From a virus (taxonomy: Duplodnaviria > Heunggongvirae > Uroviricota > Caudoviricetes), in IMG/VR virus record IMGVR_UViG_2571042690_000019: a stretch of 64,000 nucleotides of DNA; one strand, 5' to 3'. The notes beneath the pieces are model-generated. The model ran no database searches. It saw only the letters and a program-made list of their open reading frames with translations, and had not been told where the DNA came from. This document shows positions 57,359 through 64,000 of the stretch, piece after piece. The stretch's first letter is position 1; every line of letters begins with the position of its first letter. The position numbers were made by a program, and so were the translations under genes.

Positions 57359-58357
57359 TCACCCCCTTCTGGAAACGAAGAGTAACGGGGTGGTGTTTTT
57401 GTTCTCCTTCGGTGATAACTCTGGTTCTTTCTTGCCTGATACCGGTAAGCCATAAGTAGCATTTGCCCCAAGAGATTCAAGCATCGCAGCCACTATGCGG
57501 GCATCATCTTCAGACTGCATACGGCAGAGCGCCCGGCGCTGTTCTGCGCTGATAAAAACAGGCATTTCCTGGATAGCGTCACGCAAAATCCGGCGGCATT
57601 GCTTTGCATTTTCCCCCTGGCTTTCCATCATCGCTGTTTGAGCGCGCAGCTTATCTCGAAGCTGTATGTTTTCCACTTCAAGGAGCATCAATTCTGATTC
57701 CAGGGCTTCACGATGTGCAGATTCGAGCATGGCTTGCTGATTTTTCATTGCCGAAAAGTGGTGAACCAGATCCGTAGCAGCGTTATCGGTAAAACCTTGT
57801 TCGATAAGTGCTGCATGAATAGCCGCATCGCGCTCTTCTGCTGATTCAAGCATCAGGCTTTTCTTGTCGAGGCTGATATAGTTAGGCACAGTTACGTAAT
57901 CAAAGCCGTGGAAAGACTTTACCAGGGATACCGATGAATCTGGACCAGATGTAGCCCACGACCAACCACCAGCACCAGAATTAATCATGCCCTGAACAAT
58001 ACGCCCGGTGTCTGTATCCAGTATTTCCTGCGTATGAGTAACAATGCCGTTGTCGTCAATCGAAATGTCGATAGTCCTGTTTGACGGCACGTTCTCCAAT
58101 ACAACAGGCTTCCCATCTACCATCACAACAGAGACTTCCGGCAAGTTCAGGCTTTTCGTTTTGTTATAGTGCATCGCCCGGCGACCATGACCGTAATAAC
58201 CATACATCTCACCCAGCGCGATACGCTCTTTTGTTTCTGGCGAGTTGAATGTGTCTCGTACCGACTGAATGACGTAATTTCGGTTGTTCTGCGGTGTGTG
58301 TTTGCGGATTTTCTCTACCAGGGAGAAGCGATCCGTAACAGTATTCAGTGATTGCAT
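57359..58357 (-). CDS. hypothetical phage protein
   Basis: 332-aa ORF, C-terminal coiled coil. Confidence 0.55.
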   Translation of the reverse strand: MQSLNTVTDRFSLVEKIRKHTPQNNRNYVIQSVRDTFNSPETKERIALGEMYGYYGHGRRAMHYNKTKSLNLPEVSVVMVDGKPVVLENVPSNRTIDISIDDNGIVTHTQEILDTDTGRIVQGMINSGAGGWSWATSGPDSSVSLVKSFHGFDYVTVPNYISLDKKSLMLESAEERDAAIHAALIEQGFTDNAATDLVHHFSAMKNQQAMLESAHREALESELMLLEVENIQLRDKLRAQTAMMESQGENAKQCRRILRDAIQEMPVFISAEQRRALCRMQSEDDARIVAAMLESLGANATYGLPVSGKKEPELSPKENKNTTPLLFVSRRG

Positions 58358-58370
58358 TATTTCCCTCCGG

Positions 58371-60053
58371 TTAATTGCTCATCACAAATTTTGCAAAGTT
58401 TATTAACTGTTCTGGCGTCCAGTTTTCCGGATCGTCACCGGACGACAACGGCGCGGATTCGTACATACCATGCTCGTTGTTTTGCTCTGATTCATTCGCC
58501 TTAAACTCTTTGATCATGGTGTTGAGAGTGTCATCGTCGATGTGCAACTGCTCAGTGAACAGATAACGCATAAACGCGTCGCTACCAGCCAGTTTCGGGT
58601 TGTTCTGGATCTGGTCCATAATTTGGGAGATGACAGCAACAAAGTTGGCGCGTGCATCCAGTTCTCGGTTTTCCTCTTCCTGGATAGCAGTGTTCATTGA
58701 GTTGAATTGCACGTCATAAGGGCGGTTTGTTTCGGTGTAAACCTTGCCGTATTTATAAGCGAGGTGAATGTCCAGAAGCCGATAAATAGTTCGCTGGGCG
58801 GCCTGTCTGATCCAGTTCGCACGCAATGCAGCCTGGATAGCAGTTTGCTGCCAGCCGCCTTCTCCAAGCCCTCCGCTCATCTGATCAGCCCAGCCAAGCA
58901 TTGTTGCGTCAATGCCGAGGCTTGCAGCAAGCTGCCGGAGGTGAAACATAACGTCTTCGATACCACTGATATCTGCGGGTATGGATTGCGTATCAATGGT
59001 GATGCCGTTCTTCCCGTCTCCCATAACAGGTATCAGATGGTTAAGCACAGTCGGAATAGCGTTGGCATTAATCGACCTTTGCGCCACCAGGTCACTATGA
59101 CGCTTCAATGCCTGGCTGACGCCACGCGTATAGTTCGCCGCATTAACCGGGTCCAGTGTGTTCGTCGTAAGAGCAATCAGGCGGTCAATTTTGGCTGCAT
59201 TATTTCGCGTTGATTTCAGCGCGGCGAGCGAAGCACATAAATTAAGGTAAGGTTCATAGCTGTATTCCAGGAATGAAGTTCCGTAATTCTGCGTCTCCAT
59301 TAACGGCTTATCAGCCTGATCACTTAACAGTGAGTACCCTTTTGTGCCGTAGCTAACCGGAATAACTTTATGCTGTGGCGTCCAATAGGGATTTTTCATG
59401 GAAACCAGATTCCACGGTTCGGTTATTACTCTGCGCAAACTATGCGTATCCAGAATGTAATCACCACTGAAACCTACCAGCTGGCTACCACGATAAAACT
59501 CCTGGACGAAGTGTGGCAGAGTGTAATAACTGGACTCAATGCCTGTTATCCCCCTGCCCTGTTCAGCATAAGGTCGGACATAAGACACCCCAAAGATAGC
59601 CATAATCATGGCCCATGAAGGAAGTCCGTCATTAATCATCGCCCCCAAATCAGCGGTTAACTCTTCACATCTACTTACTGCCTCGGCATCGGAACCATCC
59701 TTTGGCGAAAGGATGAATGCTTGTCCGGTTTTTTTTGAAGGCGCAAGCGCATGTGCAATGTGAATGTTTAAAGCCGTCGAGATAGTCGGGCTTTTAGCCA
59801 TCGTTTCCAGGATGTTGTACTTTTGCAGGCGCTCGCCGGGCAGTTCAGCGGATAAAGAAATTGAATCTGCTGCACTCGTCATGCCATCGCTGTTGCTCCC
59901 CAGTATACCTGGACGTAAAGCAGACAGGCCGGAACGAGCAACGACACTATGCCCGCTCGTAAAAACGACCGGATCGGCGGGCGTAACATCACCACCGTTG
60001 AAGGCTTTCTTCAATGCTGACAGAAAGCCTTTGTTTTTGTCTTTCGTTGCCAT
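58371..60053 (-). CDS. hypothetical phage protein
   Basis: 560-aa ORF with acidic C-terminus; size and composition compatible with a portal protein but no motif confirmed. Confidence 0.55.
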   Translation of the reverse strand: MATKDKNKGFLSALKKAFNGGDVTPADPVVFTSGHSVVARSGLSALRPGILGSNSDGMTSAADSISLSAELPGERLQKYNILETMAKSPTISTALNIHIAHALAPSKKTGQAFILSPKDGSDAEAVSRCEELTADLGAMINDGLPSWAMIMAIFGVSYVRPYAEQGRGITGIESSYYTLPHFVQEFYRGSQLVGFSGDYILDTHSLRRVITEPWNLVSMKNPYWTPQHKVIPVSYGTKGYSLLSDQADKPLMETQNYGTSFLEYSYEPYLNLCASLAALKSTRNNAAKIDRLIALTTNTLDPVNAANYTRGVSQALKRHSDLVAQRSINANAIPTVLNHLIPVMGDGKNGITIDTQSIPADISGIEDVMFHLRQLAASLGIDATMLGWADQMSGGLGEGGWQQTAIQAALRANWIRQAAQRTIYRLLDIHLAYKYGKVYTETNRPYDVQFNSMNTAIQEEENRELDARANFVAVISQIMDQIQNNPKLAGSDAFMRYLFTEQLHIDDDTLNTMIKEFKANESEQNNEHGMYESAPLSSGDDPENWTPEQLINFAKFVMSN

Positions 60054-60117
60054 GAATCACCGCAAATTGTTTCCAGTTTTGCGGCAGCATAATCAGTATG
60101 TGATTTCAGCGGTTGGT

Positions 60118-61515
60118 TTAGTTTTCCATACTGCAATTATTTAGAACTGTAGAATTTTCAAACATAGCAAAGTTCAGACCTTTCCCTTCGCCAAATTCAC
60201 CCTCAATTTCATCAGATACAGCAGACAAAATACGACGCAGATCAACATCGCCACCGCCGAACATATCGCCCAATGCCTGTTGTTTATGAGTCAGCTCGTC
60301 GTTGATTTTTTGCGCCATTTTTTTGAATGCGGCCCCCATACGCTTCGCACTGCGATTATTTGCTACGATGAATAGCGCCAATGCCTCAGCTTCCGGTGTA
60401 CTGTCGCCGAATAACCCCCTTTGGGCGATCACTTCTTCAACGGCCTGACCGTTGTCTTTGGCTTCACGTACAAGATTAATTGCTTCCTGGAGTGCTGCTA
60501 TCGCCTGTGTATCCAGGCCATTAACCTGCTCTATACCGTCCACTAAGCCTGTTACTGCGTCATGGTGAGCGTCGCCAGACAGCGACTGCATTTGCGCAAA
60601 ATCGCTGGCTGCCGTATTTAATGCGGTCAGGATATTACGCATTTCCGGATCTGGCTCTTCCGACACCAGCCGAACAAGCCTTTCATCCTTGTACGCTTTG
60701 GCAAAAATTGCATTCTGGATGCGATCGATAAGCTGTTTCGTGGGACGCCCATCGGCAGTAAGCAAGCCTGCCGTCGCTGTATCGCCAATTTCGCGCAAAA
60801 AAGCACGAATAAACGCATCATTGGACCGCGCCAGCAGATTTCCATCATCTGAAGGATTAAATAGCGCCATGACGCTCTCAGTGAGAAATTGCGCATCCGC
60901 ATACGCTTTTTCACTTGCTGCCATCTCTTGCAGATCGCTAATGTTTGAATCGCGGGCAAATTGAGCGCGGTCTACATCTGTGAGTCTTTCTCGCACCAGT
61001 ACGGGCATAGACATTTGCGAAATTTCGTCAGGATTCAGACCAAACTCTTTCGCATGGTCGATCAGGTACTGACGATACTCATCCGCCTGTCCTTGCTCAT
61101 AGGCACGCCAGATACCCATACTCCTTCCGTTGCCGGATTCAACAACGTTGTCCGGACCAACTATCGGCGCTCCGTGGCTGCTCATACCGGAATCCGTTAA
61201 TTGTGCCGGGCGTAAATTAGAGGCAATACGGTTAACCTGGAGTTTGCTGGATAACCGGGTACGATCTCGTGGTTGGAGTTCTTCCGGGAAGGCCGGGTTA
61301 ATCGTACCGTCAAGGTTGTTCGAAATGATCAGACTGCTGGCATCAACGACCTTAAAAGCCGTCTTTACCTCTGCACCTTTGCTGGTGACTACGTAGCTAC
61401 TTCGCCCCAGGCGTGTTTCTTTCCTCTCTAATGAAGAAACCAGAGCAATGACGCTGTTAATATCTGTGGCCCCGGAAAGCGCAGAAGTAACTGATTTGTT
61501 CAAAATACACTCCAA
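60118..61515 (-). CDS. hypothetical phage protein
   Basis: 465-aa ORF. Confidence 0.55.
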   Translation of the reverse strand: MECILNKSVTSALSGATDINSVIALVSSLERKETRLGRSSYVVTSKGAEVKTAFKVVDASSLIISNNLDGTINPAFPEELQPRDRTRLSSKLQVNRIASNLRPAQLTDSGMSSHGAPIVGPDNVVESGNGRSMGIWRAYEQGQADEYRQYLIDHAKEFGLNPDEISQMSMPVLVRERLTDVDRAQFARDSNISDLQEMAASEKAYADAQFLTESVMALFNPSDDGNLLARSNDAFIRAFLREIGDTATAGLLTADGRPTKQLIDRIQNAIFAKAYKDERLVRLVSEEPDPEMRNILTALNTAASDFAQMQSLSGDAHHDAVTGLVDGIEQVNGLDTQAIAALQEAINLVREAKDNGQAVEEVIAQRGLFGDSTPEAEALALFIVANNRSAKRMGAAFKKMAQKINDELTHKQQALGDMFGGGDVDLRRILSAVSDEIEGEFGEGKGLNFAMFENSTVLNNCSMEN

Positions 61516-61597
61516 CTATAGAGAAAGCTGTGAGTGTAAAAAGTGTGTGATTTATGTGAGAACAGATAAGTGAAAGGGGCATTTCAGCCCCTTTTGA

Positions 61598-61966
61598 TTA
61601 CCCGGCATAACCGTTAGCTTTCACCCAGCTTATGGTCTGCTCTTTAGCCTGCTCCAACGTAAGGAACTCGCCAACATAGTTTGAGATCCCACGCAGCGCA
61701 TCAATAAATTCCATTTGTGTGGACTTTGTGAAGACACCGCCCAGGAAGTCAGTCACTATCTTAGGGGCTTCATCTACAACAGGATCAGTCTGTTGTTGCG
61801 GTTCCGCTGCCGGTTGCGCGGCAGTCCCCAGGCCCAATTTCAGCATCACATCAACAATCTGCTTACCAATGGTGACGCGTTGCAATACTGGCGCAGTTTT
61901 CTGCGCCTGCATTAGATCTGATAGCTCTTTACCTAATTTCAGGCGGTCTAAAACAGAGATGGTCAT
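61598..61966 (-). CDS. hypothetical protein
   Basis: 122-aa ORF coupled to upstream gene. Confidence 0.5.
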   Translation of the reverse strand: MTISVLDRLKLGKELSDLMQAQKTAPVLQRVTIGKQIVDVMLKLGLGTAAQPAAEPQQQTDPVVDEAPKIVTDFLGGVFTKSTQMEFIDALRGISNYVGEFLTLEQAKEQTISWVKANGYAG

Positions 61967-63891
61967 TAAGCACCTCCCTGCTGAATTTCAGCCAGAATGT
62001 TGATCAGGTAGTCAACTGCTGCACCAACAGTGGCTTCGTTCTCGTCGTATCGACCTGCACTGATTAGAGCGTTTGCTGCTTCCTGCACATGATCAAGTTC
62101 AGCACTGATGACCGTCAGATCGCGGGATGTAAACTGCTCCGGCACGGATTTCAGGTACTCCAGTGCTTTATCTGCCTCCTGATCAGCTTCACTTGCTGAT
62201 TCACCCGTTTCTTCTGGCTCCTGTTCTGGTGCTGGTTGTGGTTGTGATTCTGGCTCAACCATATGCTCTGTTTTTACTTCGCTTGAATGATTTTGAAGGG
62301 CGTTATACACGTCCATAATGAAAAGGTTCTCCCCATCACTAAGTGGATACGCCACGTTTGGAAACGCTTTGCGGAAAAGAATTTTCACTTGCGCCTTGAA
62401 TGTTTTCAGGTCACTGCCAAACAGGTCCACATAGCCATCAATATGTTTCGACATGCTGGACGCAACCAATTGGTCTGCAAAATCTTTCAGCTCATCTTCA
62501 TCAGGAAGATAGAGCAACTCGTACTGGCTGACTTCTTCATCTGTCAGTTTACGGTCATACGTAATGATACCGTGACGAGCATATTCGTAATACTGATCAG
62601 CCTGGTCAGGACGATCAAGCACGGCTTTATTTCCATCCGGAACAGCACCAACACCAGCCGGGCGAGATTGAAGTGCATAGTGGTATTTACCTACATCTTG
62701 GCTCTCTGGTTGTAATACTGGGTTCGTTTCGGGGTCTGTCTGTGGTAGTTCGGAGTCTTCCAGCTGGCCTGGTAACACATCAACTTTATATTTATCTGCG
62801 TTATGCTCTCGGTAGGCTTTAAGTAATTTGGTTGCAGCATCTGCCAAACTGCCTCCTTTGACAGCACTGGCATCAATACTGAATTTACCTTCAGGTGCTA
62901 CTATCGTAACGAAATTATCACTGCCGGACGTGACATAATTAACTTCAGCGCCATTATCCAGCACTGTTTTTCCGTCAATGGCAAGATTATGTTTTACATG
63001 TCGCAGCTGGTCACTAAACGCTCGTTCTTTCGTTTTTTCACCTTTAGCAGACAACAATTTATCGCGTTTTGCTTGTAATTCCTCGTTGATGGCTTTCTGG
63101 GAATCAAGTTTTTTTTGCATCTCCGTAAGAGCAGCACGCTTTTCAGTCAGCCCACGTTGCGCAACTTCCACCTGATCAATCATTATTGACCGTTCTTCTG
63201 CCAGTTTATCTGCTTCATTGAGATAACTCTCAATATCTGCCTTCATTTTGTCCTGGCGCTCTTTTGCTTTCTTAAATTTTTCGCTGTTACGCTCAATCAA
63301 ATTAGATAGCGCCTGGCATACCTGGCTTAAAGAAACATCTCTCCCACCAATCGGGGCGACAACGTGAGTTACGTTACGCTTATTAAGTAAAAACTGAAAT
63401 GCAACAAGCTCGTCGTTACTCTTTATTTTTGCCCCGTCAGCTGTTGGAGAGTGGAAAATTATGCTTGTAGTCTGCCCGTCAGTAAGCGGTATCTGCGCGG
63501 TCAAAACAGGGATATTAGCTACCCGACGTACACGACCGATAATCGCACCACCAATACAATTACGTCCATTTTCATCGGTCCCAGCTTCATCAGTCCCTGC
63601 CATAATATTCGTACCATTCAGGCCACGATTCAGCGCACGGACGAAAGCTCGCATTGTTTGAGCTAACCGAATTCTGGTTGTAGTTATGGACTCAAACATA
63701 GCTTCGTCAGACACAACCAGAATTTCATTGCCCATATAGGCAAGCTCAATATCTTCTAAGGTCGCCGCCTCAAAAATCAGGTCATCTTCGCTTAATTCTT
63801 CTGAAGACCAGCGACTTGGCATATAGCCGGGGATCGTATCAGCAAAAGTAGACTGAATATTAATTCGTAAAGGATTGTTAATCATGCTCAT
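61966..63891 (-). CDS. hypothetical phage protein (size compatible with DarA-like internal head protein)
   Basis: start moved to ATG with GGAGG RBS (MSMINNPLR); long coiled-coil centre, acidic C-terminus. Confidence 0.55.
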   Translation of the reverse strand: MSMINNPLRINIQSTFADTIPGYMPSRWSSEELSEDDLIFEAATLEDIELAYMGNEILVVSDEAMFESITTTRIRLAQTMRAFVRALNRGLNGTNIMAGTDEAGTDENGRNCIGGAIIGRVRRVANIPVLTAQIPLTDGQTTSIIFHSPTADGAKIKSNDELVAFQFLLNKRNVTHVVAPIGGRDVSLSQVCQALSNLIERNSEKFKKAKERQDKMKADIESYLNEADKLAEERSIMIDQVEVAQRGLTEKRAALTEMQKKLDSQKAINEELQAKRDKLLSAKGEKTKERAFSDQLRHVKHNLAIDGKTVLDNGAEVNYVTSGSDNFVTIVAPEGKFSIDASAVKGGSLADAATKLLKAYREHNADKYKVDVLPGQLEDSELPQTDPETNPVLQPESQDVGKYHYALQSRPAGVGAVPDGNKAVLDRPDQADQYYEYARHGIITYDRKLTDEEVSQYELLYLPDEDELKDFADQLVASSMSKHIDGYVDLFGSDLKTFKAQVKILFRKAFPNVAYPLSDGENLFIMDVYNALQNHSSEVKTEHMVEPESQPQPAPEQEPEETGESASEADQEADKALEYLKSVPEQFTSRDLTVISAELDHVQEAANALISAGRYDENEATVGAAVDYLINILAEIQQGGA

Positions 63892-64000
63892 CCTCCAGGC
63901 GCGCGATTTCTTCTTTAAGAGCACGTGTCTTAGCTACTTCCTGAGACAAGGCAGCTTTAACATTACCCGTATCTTGCATTACTTTGTCTGACTTGCTCTG
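63881..64000 (-). CDS. 3' end of an upstream gene (partial, continues beyond window)
   Basis: open frame from window edge ending ...KEEIARLEDEHD; stop overlaps next start. Confidence 0.35.

Larger units (their letters stand above)
1963..64000. mobile_element. P1/D6-like temperate phage (phage-plasmid type) genome segment
   Basis: co-occurrence of Phd/Doc, HumD, PacA/PacB-like terminase, Cre-like recombinase with lox-like site, DarB-like giant protein, hrdC-dmt-like pair, tRNA-Asn/Thr/Ile, TerB-like gene and dispersed C1-operator-like motifs. Confidence 0.75.

Noticed and set aside
57359-60053. Naming 58371..60053 as portal and 57359..58357 as prohead protease
   Set aside because: Sizes are compatible but I could not identify family-specific motifs, and gene order does not match what I recall for P1; left as hypothetical
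1963-64000. Transposase or IS element, lambda-type integrase, reverse transcriptase, cas genes
   Set aside because: No ORF showed DDE transposase, lambda-integrase, YxDD reverse-transcriptase or Cas signatures on inspection; the only recombinase is the Cre-family protein

Overview
Window = glutaminyl-tRNA synthetase gene (glnS, 1..1914, with an exact in-frame 252-bp tandem duplication) followed directly by about 62 kb of a P1/D6-like temperate phage (phage-plasmid type) genome. Calls rest on motif reading and remembered family sequences; no database search was run. Recognisable phage modules: fused Dcm-like/Dam-like methyltransferase with an RdgC homolog; HigB/HigA and Phd/Doc toxin-antitoxin pairs; UmuD'-like HumD behind a LexA box; a lambdoid-style block of Ea22-like paralogs, DUF968-like proteins and a Ser/Thr phosphatase; a PacA/PacB-like terminase; a Cre-family recombinase beside a 32-bp lox-like palindrome that matches the D6 rox site as I recall it; tRNA-Ile/Thr/Asn with a TerB-like gene; a 2278-aa DarB-like methyltransferase-helicase; two diverged small-protein/antirepressor modules. 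A conserved motif AWTTTTCTAACAYA recurs at least 11 times and resembles the P1 C1 operator consensus. Best candidates for an undescribed system: (1) the six-gene operon downstream of the recombinase (29822..33443), led by a terminase large-subunit paralog with substituted Walker A/B motifs, plus dUTPase and DUF2829-like genes; (2) the accessory islet 8402..12843 (HigBA, a truncated orphan antitoxin, a low-GC two-TM coiled-coil gene, a SWIM zinc-finger gene); (3) the largely non-coding 40.5-43.9 kb tRNA region with a family of conserved-stem hairpins and tRNA-like elements. A second exact in-frame tandem duplication (237 bp) lies inside one antirepressor gene.
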